Below are positions 51,996-61,674 of a stretch of 64,000 nt of DNA, piece after piece. Numbering within the stretch: the first letter of the stretch is position 1; every line of letters starts with the position of its first letter. Source of the stretch: an uncultured bacterium (GTDB taxonomy: Bacteria > Krumholzibacteriota > Krumholzibacteriia > Krumholzibacteriales > Krumholzibacteriaceae); NCBI GenBank assembly GCA_964457905.1, contig CAYWGA010000002.1, positions 3,475 through 67,474 on the forward strand, in the 5' to 3' direction. A program made the position numbers and the translations under genes. Under the pieces are notes generated by a model. The model worked only from the letters and a program-made list of their open reading frames with translations, was not told the DNA's origin and made no database searches.

Positions 51996-52683
51996 TCAAC
52001 CCCCAAGCTTGCTCTTGAGCCATCCTTTGACCCCTGAGCTCGCGATCTCGTCAGTCACTTTTTTTGTCACAGCACTCAGGATAATCCTGGTGATCTCGTC
52101 CGGTGCCGCGCCATCAGTGCCACCAACATCGTATAGCTCTATCTCGGGAAGAGTGACTGTACGCTTCTCCTGACCCAGAGCCGATGCATCGACTTCGATG
52201 CTGCCCTCTTCGAATACGAACTTCCTGATCCTTATTTTCTTGTCCTTACCCTCTGATCCGCCATTATCTCCGCCCGTACTACCGACGGATGCCTCAACGT
52301 TTTTCCTGATCTCATCTATGTTGCTTGCACCGGACTCATTTATCTCTACATTGACCATGGGAGCAATAATACGGATCTCGTCAATAACAATCAGCTCACC
52401 CCTCATGCTCTGAATATCGATATCGAGCGTGATGTCCCCAAGAGAAAAGGCGTCACCTTTATCGAAACCATCCGGACTCTTCACGCGGAGCCCTTTGATT
52501 GATCCACGGCCCTCCTTGAGTGAGAGCTCGACCTTGGAAACGCTGACCTCAGTCTGGGTGACCTTACTTCCATGCTTCTCGATGGCCTTCGCGACTACGG
52601 AATCGAGATTGGCCAGCAGCAGGAACAGGCCGACGATTACCAGCACTACTACACCGGCAAAAACTATGAGTATCTTCTTCATA
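51996..52683 (-). CDS. Hypothetical membrane-anchored protein
   Basis: MKKILIVFAGVVVLVIVGLFLLLA anchor. Start trimmed. Confidence 0.4.
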
Positions 52684-52756
52684 CCATTCCTTTCTGTTTT
52701 GAGACCTGAACCCAATCTACAGGAAAAACAGATCCCCTAACTACACTTTCCTCCTG

Positions 52757-53881
52757 TCACTCCTCTTTTTCGGCGGCAGCCGCCACCACACTTACCAGCC
52801 TGAAAAGAAGTTCGCTGCCGTTTGCCGCGTCATGGTTCAGAATGCAGCCACTGACGGTAAGATCCAGCGAAGGCACATGATAGGCCAGGGTGTTCCAGAA
52901 TCCCTGGTGGCCGAAAGCTTCGAGTCCGTCGCAATCAAGTACTATCAGGCCGAGGCGGTACGGCTTCGTTCCTCCGCTGGTCATCGCCGCAAGCGTGGCA
53001 TCATCGGCAAGGACCTCACCCTTGAGCAGCTTGCGCATGAACATCGCGAGTTCGCGCGAATCAGTGACAATACCGCCCCCACCGTACAGATCGAAGGACG
53101 CGTTCCACGTCGTGACATCCACTTCCCCGAAGTACTGGTGTGCGCGCGGCCCCGCCGCGGCTGGAGGCTCTTCCATATACTCCCAGTACGTCACCTCAAG
53201 GCCCAGCTTTTCAAAATCGAGCAGCTCCCGCACGGAGGACCCCAGGGTCTTTCCGGTCATGCGCGAAATGATCGTACCGAGGATGACGTACCCGGCATCA
53301 GAGTAGATGTATTTCTCCCCCGGCTCCCCCACCGGTTCCCGCCACTCTACGAGGCACCTGATCTGTTCCTCAGGGGTCCATACATGCTGGTTATCCTCAA
53401 AGAGCATTTTTACAAACAAGGTATCGTTCGTGTGGTCCCCGATGCCGGCAGTGTGGCTGAGGACCTGCGCGATCGTTATAGCGTCGGTATCGTAACCGTC
53501 GCTCACCAGCAGTTCGTTTATTTCAGGCGCAATGTGTGTGCTCAACCTGTCATCCAGTCCCAGGCGCCCCATCTCAACAAGCCTCAGGATGGAAGCGGAC
53601 ACGTAGGTCTTGGTGTTGCTCGCTATCCGGAAGGTGTGGGCCGGTGTCATTGGTGCCATATCGTCTTTCGCGGCGGTACCGGCAACGCCGGACCAGTCCA
53701 GCTGCAGAGCCGGGCAGATAACGCACGCGGATATTCCCGGAGCGATACTGTTTTCGGCCAGGAATTCATCGATCACACCCTGCAGTTCCGTTTCCAGAGC
53801 TGGATTCCCTGCCTGCACAGGCACGGCAGCAAGGCACGATAGACATAGTATCAGAATGATTACGGTCAAATAGCGATACAT
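52757..53881 (-). CDS. Beta-lactamase-family serine hydrolase (class C/PBP-like), secreted
   Basis: Signal peptide. SxxK motif FRIASNTKTY. YxN-like YSDAGY. 374 aa. Confidence 0.7.
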   Translation of the reverse strand: MYRYLTVIILILCLSCLAAVPVQAGNPALETELQGVIDEFLAENSIAPGISACVICPALQLDWSGVAGTAAKDDMAPMTPAHTFRIASNTKTYVSASILRLVEMGRLGLDDRLSTHIAPEINELLVSDGYDTDAITIAQVLSHTAGIGDHTNDTLFVKMLFEDNQHVWTPEEQIRCLVEWREPVGEPGEKYIYSDAGYVILGTIISRMTGKTLGSSVRELLDFEKLGLEVTYWEYMEEPPAAAGPRAHQYFGEVDVTTWNASFDLYGGGGIVTDSRELAMFMRKLLKGEVLADDATLAAMTSGGTKPYRLGLIVLDCDGLEAFGHQGFWNTLAYHVPSLDLTVSGCILNHDAANGSELLFRLVSVVAAAAEKEE

Positions 53882-54035
53882 AAGGCCCCCTCAGCAGATG
53901 GTGTTGAGGGCCATTGTACTCAAATTGCAGAATGAAGTCAAAAAGTGAGGCGCTTTGGCCTTGCGTTCTATCAGCCAGCTTCCTATGTTATCTGGACTCA
54001 ATGGAAGCCGTTAATACACAGGGAGATAGAGACAC

Positions 54036-54413
54036 ATGATTCAGAAATTCGTATGGCTGGCAGTAGCAGGAGGACTGGGAACACTGGCGCGCTATGGGCT
54101 GGCGGGATTTGTACATAAGATCAACGGCGAACCCTCTCTATGGGGAACCGCCATTGTAAACCTTACTGGTTGTTTTGTCGCGGGAATGATCTGGATGCTG
54201 TTCGAAAACCGCTGGACCGTCTCGGCAGAGATCAGGATGCTGGTTCTGGTCGGATTCATGGGGGCCTTCACCACTTTTTCAGCTCTCATTATGGAAACCA
54301 GCGAGTTGATGCGAACTGCGGAGTGGATGCGCGCAGGAATGAACCTTGCCATCCAGAACGGAGTCGGGTTCGTAGCCCTCTTCGCCGGAGCCGCAGTAGG
54401 CCGGATGATTTAA
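54036..54413 (+). CDS. crcB: Fluoride ion channel CrcB/Fluc
   Basis: GGLGTLARY and GFMGAFTTFS motifs. 125 aa, 4 TM. Confidence 0.8.
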   Translation: MIQKFVWLAVAGGLGTLARYGLAGFVHKINGEPSLWGTAIVNLTGCFVAGMIWMLFENRWTVSAEIRMLVLVGFMGAFTTFSALIMETSELMRTAEWMRAGMNLAIQNGVGFVALFAGAAVGRMI

Positions 54414-54685
54414 ACGAGGTGAAGTACGATGATCAGGATCGTAACCATAGCGATGGCAATCATCCAGTAATTGATATTTATATACCAGGACTTCTTTTTC
54501 ATCCCCATCAGCCCTCCCCCCATGGCCACCATTAACGCGGGGATGCTCATATAAAGCTTTCTCATCGGCTCGGGGAGCACCCGCTTGGAGACCCAGGCAA
54601 GGGCGATGATGCTCGCCCCTGAAACCAGGGCCAACTGAATATACTTTGACTGAAAGAACTCTTTGATAAATATCAGAAACTTCAT
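54410..54685 (-). CDS. Hypothetical small membrane protein
   Basis: 91 aa, three hydrophobic helices. Confidence 0.3.
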   Translation of the reverse strand: MKFLIFIKEFFQSKYIQLALVSGASIIALAWVSKRVLPEPMRKLYMSIPALMVAMGGGLMGMKKKSWYININYWMIAIAMVTILIIVLHLV

Positions 54686-54810
54686 GCCATGGCACCCTGA
54701 CTATGGAAAAACCGGATCAATTTTCTCGTGAGAGCCCTCCCAGCTGAACGTTTCATAATCAATACAACTATTGATAAATATTATTCGAGCACCATTCTGT
54801 CATCTATCAA

Positions 54811-55638
54811 TCAAAAGACGAAGGACATCCCGATCACCGGACCGACAACAGATACTGTGGTCTCCAGCTCATCCTCGCCTTCGCCATCCACTCGTTTATA
54901 CCTGAAAGAACGGAATCCTGCTGTGACCGAGATGAGTTTCGAGACCTTGAATGTATTGATGTAGATGAAATCCCACGAATATTTCGAGGCATCTCCGATC
55001 CCGAACCCTCCTCCACTTAGTGACACGCCGAGCAGCACGGACTTGCTCAGGACGAATCTGGCCTTTGCCCCGATCATCGGGTCCCACCAGTCCTGCTTTT
55101 CTGCGAATGTATCCTCGACCAGTGGAGGCCTGCCTTCCAGCCCGAGGGTATAGTCCAGCGAGATATCATTTCGCCAGTATTTGGCCCCGGCATTCACTTC
55201 CAGGGCCCAACCACGGATCACGTCTGACGTGACCTCATCGTCTATCTGCGTCAGGACAAGGTAACCGAGCCGCAGATCAAGCATGTACTGCTTGACGTCC
55301 AGGTTGACCTGTAACATCCCACTCTCGTCACTCTGCGACCCGAGATTGGCGTATGTACCGTCCGCCGTCAGGACCCATTTCCGGAACATCACAACAGTAT
55401 TCAACATGAATCCGAAATTTGTCAGGGAGGACAAGTCATTGAATGACTGGCGTATCTGCTCGCCCCCGACATCGGTGGCCTGGCTGGCCAGCATCGCGTA
55501 GGGGCTGATGATGAACCGCCAGTCGTCATCCTTGGCTTCATAGTCGTTTTCGATAGCGGCTTTATCCTGCCCGAAAGCGCCTCCAGCCAGCAGAATTACC
55601 AGCAACCCAGTCAGAATAATTAAACGCTTGTTCATCAC
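54811..55638 (-). CDS. Putative outer-membrane beta-barrel protein
   Basis: Signal peptide ending GAFGQ. C-terminal GMSFVF with terminal Phe. Confidence 0.5.
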   Translation of the reverse strand: MMNKRLIILTGLLVILLAGGAFGQDKAAIENDYEAKDDDWRFIISPYAMLASQATDVGGEQIRQSFNDLSSLTNFGFMLNTVVMFRKWVLTADGTYANLGSQSDESGMLQVNLDVKQYMLDLRLGYLVLTQIDDEVTSDVIRGWALEVNAGAKYWRNDISLDYTLGLEGRPPLVEDTFAEKQDWWDPMIGAKARFVLSKSVLLGVSLSGGGFGIGDASKYSWDFIYINTFKVSKLISVTAGFRSFRYKRVDGEGEDELETTVSVVGPVIGMSFVF

Positions 55639-55835
55639 TCATCCTCCTCATGGTAAGCCGAATATTCCCGAGTGAAATGATACGCCATTCTCCCTTATTG
55701 ACGAAGAAAATAGTCCACGGCAAAGAAGTAATTCAATGCGGGCAACCCGAAGTCTTGACAATTAATTGATCTTTAGATTATGTTCCTCGAATTATGAATC
55801 GCATCAGTGTCAGCATCTTTGTCAAAGGAGACACC

Positions 55836-56840
55836 ATGTTTAAGTCGCTGCTTCGCTCGCTGCTCGTACTCACCATGCTCGGATTTTTCAGCGGTTGTGG
55901 TGATGACAATAGTCCAACCGAGGTCGATGACGGACTGACCGGTACTTTTTACATTAACGATGATGAAGAAATGACAGCAAGCGTCGATGTCAGCCTGGAC
56001 TTCAACGTTACCGAGGCAGACTCGATGCGTTTCAGTAATGAAGGGGGCGACTGGTCGGACTGGGAGGTGATTCCGGCCGGAGCAACGTCTGCTCCGTGGA
56101 CGATTCCCCCGGGTGACGGCGTAAAGACGGTCCTCGCCCAGTTCAAAACGACAGGTGGATTGTCCCTTTCTCTCGAAGACGACATAGAGCTCGATACCGT
56201 TCGGACCCGCGTCCTGATCCTCGAAGACGGTGGAACCGAGAATAGTGTGGAGACGATACTCGACAACGCCGGATATACGGTCACGATGGGTGGCCCTTAT
56301 GATGAATATGACGGTACCGATTTTAGCGCCTTTGACCTGGTCCTCCTGCTCAATGGTTACTACTACGGCGACACGCTCCAGGCCGGCGTACAGCAGGGCC
56401 TGAAGGACTTCGTCTCCGCCGGCGGAGTGCTCATGACTACAGAGTGGTTGACCTATGAGGGCACGGGTGTCGATTATTGGGATACGCTTATGGGCATTCT
56501 TCCGCTGACCTACAACGACGACTACTGTGACGCTGGTGCAGGCGTTTGTCCTGAGACCTACACCAAGATGGTGGATCATCCGATCACCGAGGGCCTGCCC
56601 GCGTCATTCCTCACCCCCCCTGACTGGACCTACAGTTTCCAGGCAGTCAACAGTTCCTCATTGGCCACCAATATCAAGGTGCTATTCGAGGGCTCGAACA
56701 GTGGAAGCGCAATCGGTGTCGGAGACTTCGGTCTGGGACACACCATCCACTGGAGCATGGCTGGAGTCTACGGCGGTACCGATATCTGGTCGACGGAGAC
56801 CACACGGATCCTGACCAACATCGCTGCTTTCGCCGACTAG
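55836..56840 (+). CDS. Hypothetical secreted lipoprotein
   Basis: MFKSLLRSLLVLTMLGFFSGCGDD lipobox. Start trimmed to this Met. Confidence 0.45.
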   Translation: MFKSLLRSLLVLTMLGFFSGCGDDNSPTEVDDGLTGTFYINDDEEMTASVDVSLDFNVTEADSMRFSNEGGDWSDWEVIPAGATSAPWTIPPGDGVKTVLAQFKTTGGLSLSLEDDIELDTVRTRVLILEDGGTENSVETILDNAGYTVTMGGPYDEYDGTDFSAFDLVLLLNGYYYGDTLQAGVQQGLKDFVSAGGVLMTTEWLTYEGTGVDYWDTLMGILPLTYNDDYCDAGAGVCPETYTKMVDHPITEGLPASFLTPPDWTYSFQAVNSSSLATNIKVLFEGSNSGSAIGVGDFGLGHTIHWSMAGVYGGTDIWSTETTRILTNIAAFAD

Positions 56841-56861
56841 GTTTTTTTCGATGAAATGATA

Positions 56862-56890
56862 CGGGCGCCCCGTCTGACGGGGCGCCCGTC
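56862..56890. terminator. Perfect 12-bp GC hairpin (ACGGGCGCCCCG-TCTGA-CGGGGCGCCCGT), terminator-like but without U-tail
   Basis: Perfect 12-bp GC stem with 5-nt loop, 22 nt after the stop at 56840. A T7 run precedes rather than follows the stem. Confidence 0.4.
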
Positions 56891-57025
56891 CACCCCCCAA
56901 AGCAGCGTCCGCCATATCCTGCCAATGTTCCTTGCGTCGCTTCGAACCAATCGGGTTCTTGACCACCGCCGGTCTGTAATCTAGGATATCCGGCAAGGAA
57001 CACCTGCCCTTCCCTTCGGACAAGG

Positions 57026-58114
57026 ATGCCTGTCGTGCGTCGATACCTTATTATTTTCCTCCTGCTGGCCGTGGGATGCGGCTTAAATGATTCCGGAGAC
57101 ACCTGGGAAATCATCGAACTGGGAACGGATGCCGAATTCCGGGACATCTTTTTTCTCGATTCACAGAACGGCTGGATGGTCGGCGCCGTAGGCGTCTCGG
57201 TCCCCGGGGGCATCGTCGCCCGTACTACCGACGGAGGCCTGACCTGGAAGTACAGGACCGGCGTGACGAGGAAAAGGTACCGCAGCCATTCGGTCGACCT
57301 GAACGCGGTCCACTTCACCGATCTCCAGCATGGTGTCATCGCTGCCGAGGCGGGCACTATCCTGCGCACCATCAACGGCGGCGAAACCTGGAAGGCGATT
57401 CTGCCATCGGGACCGGTCTACGCCCAGAACAGAGACATCTGTTTCGTGGACGACCTCAACGGCTGGATTATCGGACGCGAGGGCGTGCGGCGTACCGAAG
57501 ACGGGGGGGAGTCCTGGCAGCGCATCGACGAAGCGGGGAAAATGACTGGAAACGCGCTCCAGTTCCTCGACCTGGAGCGAGGCTGGGTGGTCGGCAAGTT
57601 CGGTGACGTCCATCGCAGCGAAGATGGCGGAGTGACATGGGAAAAGGTCGAGGCCGCGGGCAATCTAGAGGACAAATCAGGCGACGACAAGCCCAATTTC
57701 CAGGCGGTCCATTTCGTCGACGACAGTCACGGCTGGCTGGCCGGGTACCGGCGCGAGATGCCTGCCCTTGACCAGTTCGATTATGGACTCATCTATCATA
57801 CCGGCGATGGGGGCCAGACCTGGCAAAAGCAGCTGGACCAGCTGGATATACTGCTGCGGGACATCCGGTTCGCCGACCCGCAAAACGGCTGGGCCGTGGG
57901 CTACAATGTAAAGGACGGCACATCGAGCGTGCTGGCCACAACAAATGGCGGCACAACCTGGGAAATCCAGAAGACGGTCTACGGAGAGGAACTGGTCGCC
58001 CTGTTCGAGCGTGACGGAACTGTCTGGGCGGCGGGTGACCGGGTCAGCGAAGAACCGCAGAAACTGTTACGGCTGGTTCCCGCCGAGAACGAGGGTGTCG
58101 ACAATGGCGAGTGA
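57026..58114 (+). CDS. BNR/Asp-box beta-propeller lipoprotein (Ycf48-like)
   Basis: Lipobox LAVGCG. Six TxDGGxTW motifs (TTDGGLTWK, INGGETWK, TEDGGESWQ, SEDGGVTWE, TGDGGQTWQ, TNGGTTWE). Confidence 0.65.
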   Translation: MPVVRRYLIIFLLLAVGCGLNDSGDTWEIIELGTDAEFRDIFFLDSQNGWMVGAVGVSVPGGIVARTTDGGLTWKYRTGVTRKRYRSHSVDLNAVHFTDLQHGVIAAEAGTILRTINGGETWKAILPSGPVYAQNRDICFVDDLNGWIIGREGVRRTEDGGESWQRIDEAGKMTGNALQFLDLERGWVVGKFGDVHRSEDGGVTWEKVEAAGNLEDKSGDDKPNFQAVHFVDDSHGWLAGYRREMPALDQFDYGLIYHTGDGGQTWQKQLDQLDILLRDIRFADPQNGWAVGYNVKDGTSSVLATTNGGTTWEIQKTVYGEELVALFERDGTVWAAGDRVSEEPQKLLRLVPAENEGVDNGE

Positions 58115-58567
58115 GTTTGCCATTTCGGTGAACGCCGGCTCCATCAATTCGAATCGGCCCTGCATCGTGTAGAGAACCAGCAGTTTTTTCTGGTTGAGCA
58201 CGAAAAGATAGCGCTTCCGATACTGGTGGCTGACGTGGTCCCAGGTATCGATCATCCGGGCGTCGCGGCCGCTGACCTGCATGGTGTCCCTCGAGGCGAC
58301 CTCCCTCCTTCCATCCTCCCGAAGCTTTATCATGGCGCGCTCGATGGCCAGTTCGATTTTGCTGCCCAGCCTATCATAATCCTGGATCGCTATACGCTGG
58401 AAATCCTGCCGCCACTGGTGCTGCTGGCCGTAGTCTAAATGTTCCCAGTCGGAGGGAAAGATGACGGTGATGTCATGGGCGCCAACCTGCAGAGGGACGG
58501 GCTCTGGTTCCCCGCAACCTGTCATCAGGAGCACCAGGAACATATACAGAAAACCTGCGCGGCTCAT
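58067..58567 (-). CDS. Hypothetical lipoprotein
   Basis: LMTGCGEPEP lipobox. Confidence 0.4.
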   Translation of the reverse strand: MSRAGFLYMFLVLLMTGCGEPEPVPLQVGAHDITVIFPSDWEHLDYGQQHQWRQDFQRIAIQDYDRLGSKIELAIERAMIKLREDGRREVASRDTMQVSGRDARMIDTWDHVSHQYRKRYLFVLNQKKLLVLYTMQGRFELMEPAFTEMANSLAIVDTLVLGGNQP

Positions 58568-59145
58568 CAGGGCACCTCCAGCGGCGGGAAGGAAATCGTA
58601 TCGACGACCCGCTCAAACAGGGGAAGATTCACCGGCAGGCCCAGGAAGGCTGCCTCGAACAGGCGGTTCTTCTTGAGGACATAGTATTCACGGCCGACCA
58701 GTGACCTCTCGGGCAAGTTCAGGGTGAATTCCAGACGGTAGGCAGGAAGACCAGCGATAGTGTCGGCCACCATAGGCCCGATGATGAAACTGTCAGGATG
58801 GACCGGCCACCCCTCGGTGGTGAACCGGGTTTCTTCAACGACATCGTCCAGGGAAAAGTCCCAGCGATGGCCCGGTTTCAGGCTGTGCTTTCCAATTTTA
58901 ACCAGTTCGGCGATATAGATTCGTTCTCCGACCGACCCCTTGTGGGTGAACCAGACCCCCAGCAGGCCGCCCTGGTTGTGTTTCTGGCGCTCCCAGTCCA
59001 CCGGCGGCGGCTGAAAGGCGATCGGGATGATGCTCCAGTGGAAGGTCTCCGCGGGAAGGAGATGTTCATTGAGGGCCCGTTTTTCCGGCGAATCACAAGC
59101 CAGGAATACGACCAGGACCAAAAGAAGTCTAAACGTCTGTTTCAA
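58567..59145 (-). CDS. Hypothetical lipoprotein
   Basis: VVFLACDSPE lipobox. Confidence 0.4.
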   Translation of the reverse strand: MKQTFRLLLVLVVFLACDSPEKRALNEHLLPAETFHWSIIPIAFQPPPVDWERQKHNQGGLLGVWFTHKGSVGERIYIAELVKIGKHSLKPGHRWDFSLDDVVEETRFTTEGWPVHPDSFIIGPMVADTIAGLPAYRLEFTLNLPERSLVGREYYVLKKNRLFEAAFLGLPVNLPLFERVVDTISFPPLEVP

Positions 59146-59205
59146 GCTGGTTCCTTCCGATCATTCCGCGAGACAAAAACCCTGCACCCGGCCCCAAGGG
59201 CACCA

Positions 59206-59544
59206 TTTATAGTGAGTAACGTTACTGTACACGAGGGTCGCTCTGAAAGTGTAAAGATTTTATTTGAAATGTCCCTGCCCGAAGACCGGGTTGAGGAAGC
59301 CCTTGAAGCCTGGCGCGCAGTGGGCCGATATATGGAAACGCAGGATGGTTTCCTGGGTTCTATGCTCTATCGCAACCGTCGCGATCCGCTCATGTTGATC
59401 AACCACGGCCGCTACACCAGCGTGGAAGCTTTCCTCAAGAGCGTCAAGTCGGACGAGTTCCAAGCCCTGTCACAACGGCTTACCGATCTTGGCGTGGAGC
59501 GTGTCGTCGGCCTGTATGACGAGGTACAAGCTTTCGGGGGCTGA
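59206..59544 (+). CDS. Antibiotic-biosynthesis-monooxygenase (ABM) domain protein; start codon uncertain
   Basis: FIVSNVTVHEGRSE...WRAVGRYMETQDGFLGSMLYRNRRDPLMLINHGRYTSVEAF fits the ABM ferredoxin-like fold. The upstream ATG of the track ORF overlaps opposite-strand lipoprotein genes, so a non-ATG start near 59206-59212 is more likely. Confidence 0.4.
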   Translation, partial: FIVSNVTVHEGRSESVKILFEMSLPEDRVEEALEAWRAVGRYMETQDGFLGSMLYRNRRDPLMLINHGRYTSVEAFLKSVKSDEFQALSQRLTDLGVERVVGLYDEVQAFGG

Positions 59545-59818
59545 TTCCTCGATAGGAGATCGGTGCTTCTTCCGCGCATAGAAGAAGTACTCGATCACGG
59601 CATTGCTTGCTGCAGATCATGCACCAGCCACACGGGGACCGCTGGTACTGGATAAAGAGGTGTTTCTTTGAAGGGAATATTTGGCTCCCCGGATGCAACC
59701 CTATTCATGAACACTCTCAGCTTTAAGGCTACATCACTAGCTTCAGGGGAATCCGCTAAGTGTAATAATAATGGGGACGGAATAAATGAAAGGCACGGCC
59801 GAAATACGCCGTCCAAAC

Positions 59819-60811
59819 TTAATTTCCTGCTTCCTCAAGATAGATTTTCAATCCACTCAGTGAACCGGGTAAGATTCCAATACGATTTTTAGAGACTTCA
59901 CCAAGCATTGATTTTGTTTTAAGATGATTGGCTGCTTCCTCAAGGGAATTGACTTCAAGAGTTATCGAAACTACCGCATCAAAATCACCTTGAACAATCC
60001 GGAGGCACTGATCATCGGCAAAATTGAACGTTACTTCTCCATCTACTGGTTTTCCGAACACAAGAGGAAACTCACCGAGGCAATCCTCCATATCCGATAT
60101 CCCAAGCGTGAGTTCCTTCATCCTTATTACAGAGAGCGGGCCTCCATTATCAGCCTCAAGTTGTTGATTCAGCGATTGTCTCATTTCAGCGTGAGTCCTC
60201 ATAACCATTTTATCGCCTTCCATAACTGGCATCGGCTGGTAATCGCATATAAACATCTTCAGGAGATCTCCATCAAACTGTGTGAGATAAACCAGATTCC
60301 ATAGCAGGGCGTTGCTCCCATCAGGTGTCGGAATAGACCAAGGCTCAACATCGCTGTGTTTTATCCCCCTGTCGTCAAGCTTTTGTATTGCATCCTCGAG
60401 TGCTACCGGCTCGAATGCGACACCGATATATCCGCAGTCGACGGGTGGTTTTTCGGCAATCTCATTTCCTGCCCAGGTCTCGAACTCCAGCGTGACATTC
60501 CCCAGGAAGATACCGCCAGTGTATCCATGTACAGACTTCAATTCCTTTCCTTTCAGGACATTCATCCCTTCCGGTCCCCAGAAAACTGGAAGTTGAAAAT
60601 CATCCCTAAAAATACGCATGAGTTCATCTATCTTCTCCTGTGAAGAAGCGAAGACGACTACATGATCCATGCGCCTCAGGATTATTTCTTCTTCATTTGC
60701 CGCAACAGAAGATGCATGACACCTCCCAATGACCGGAACTGTTACCATGATTATCGCTATCAATACATAGAGTGCATTTACAGACCGCCGACACATGCAT
60801 GAAATTCTCAC
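59819..60811 (-). CDS. Secreted two-module VOC (glyoxalase/bleomycin-resistance/dioxygenase-fold) protein
   Basis: Signal peptide. Two beta-alpha-beta-beta-beta-like modules (MDHVVVFASSQEKIDELMRIF... and LSVIRMKELTLGISDMEDCLGEF...). Region GC ~42%. Confidence 0.4.
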   Translation of the reverse strand: MRISCMCRRSVNALYVLIAIIMVTVPVIGRCHASSVAANEEEIILRRMDHVVVFASSQEKIDELMRIFRDDFQLPVFWGPEGMNVLKGKELKSVHGYTGGIFLGNVTLEFETWAGNEIAEKPPVDCGYIGVAFEPVALEDAIQKLDDRGIKHSDVEPWSIPTPDGSNALLWNLVYLTQFDGDLLKMFICDYQPMPVMEGDKMVMRTHAEMRQSLNQQLEADNGGPLSVIRMKELTLGISDMEDCLGEFPLVFGKPVDGEVTFNFADDQCLRIVQGDFDAVVSITLEVNSLEEAANHLKTKSMLGEVSKNRIGILPGSLSGLKIYLEEAGN

Positions 60812-60989
60812 AATTGTCTCCTTAATGTCAAAAGGGTGATTTCTCTCTTTTCGGTTTCTTTTTACGGTAAATAGTGTGTTTAGGTTACGTCCGTGCCAAT
60901 ATTTATGTTTCAGCTATTCTGTTTCTTCTGTCATTAAAATTCCAGTCGCTGATAAACAGGCCTACACGTGAAACGATGTTTGTTACTGG

Positions 60990-61376
60990 TCAAGTCCAGT
61001 CGTCGGTCATGCAACCGTTGATTGTACCCTCCGGTAGGGGCCCTAATGCTTTTTCCGCCATACTGACCTGCACTCCGTCGCCGGCGAACTTAAAACTTCT
61101 CTTCCAGAAGTTAATGTTTCCGACTTCATTAAGCGTCAGCTGAAACATGTCCTCGAATATCCAGCCCCCCTGAGCAACTGCCGGAATACCGTATTGGCCA
61201 GCACTGGCAAGCGGCAGATCTGCCAGGCCAATAGTGTAACGCCCCGAGTATCCCATGAAGTCGATGCTCAGTTCGGCGGTCACCGGATTCGGAAACGACA
61301 GTGTCATTTCCCTCAACCAGTATGAGTTCGGGTCGAAGACATAACGTTGGTTGGCTATTCGGTTCGCAAGAGCCAT
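60990..61376 (-). CDS. Hypothetical protein (128 aa)
   Basis: Non-overlapped ORF, co-oriented with neighbours. Confidence 0.3.
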   Translation of the reverse strand: MALANRIANQRYVFDPNSYWLREMTLSFPNPVTAELSIDFMGYSGRYTIGLADLPLASAGQYGIPAVAQGGWIFEDMFQLTLNEVGNINFWKRSFKFAGDGVQVSMAEKALGPLPEGTINGCMTDDWT

Positions 61377-61467
61377 AACAGAAAGATTAACTCTTGTCGT
61401 GGATCAGTTTAGTGGGGAAAGGTCAAAAATGCGTTAACCAAAAAGTCGTCAGTTCCGACCAATTATA

Positions 61468-61500
61468 ATTTGGCTCCGCATAGTGGACAGCTTTAGAACA
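61468..61500. repeat. Intergenic repeat copy (AATTTGGCTCCGCATAGTGGACAGCTTTAGAACA)
   Basis: 21 nt (CATAGTGGACAGCTTTAGAAC) are identical to the copy at 62778-62798. The TTGGCTCC head also occurs at 59683, 62720 and 62808, with a variant TTGTCTCC at 62768 and 60812. Confidence 0.55.
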
Positions 61501-61674
61501 GGACCTGTATTTGTCCGGATGGCGGCGGAGCAGGATGTGAATACGGCTACTATAAAGCAGAGGGATACGCTGAGTAGACAGCCGAATCCAGGGAAGACAT
61601 TGTTGAGGAATCCATGCTGATATAAAGATATTATTTGGCTGGATCAGGTCGATTTCGATAGCTTGCGTGCCAGC

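Noticed and set aside
52832-53842. 336-aa ORF antisense to the beta-lactamase-family gene
   Set aside because: The minus-strand gene has a signal peptide and SxxK motif. The antisense frame has none and has biased composition.
53882-54035. Possible fluoride riboswitch upstream of crcB
   Set aside because: I could not find the conserved GGCGATGG...CTGATG..CCTAC core of the crcB motif in either orientation by eye. Left uncalled; needs cmsearch.
55773-56579. 268-aa minus-strand ORF overlapping the 55836..56840 lipoprotein gene
   Set aside because: The plus-strand ORF has a lipobox signal peptide and coherent hydropathy. The minus frame is low-complexity (V/G/R-rich) and lacks an RBS.
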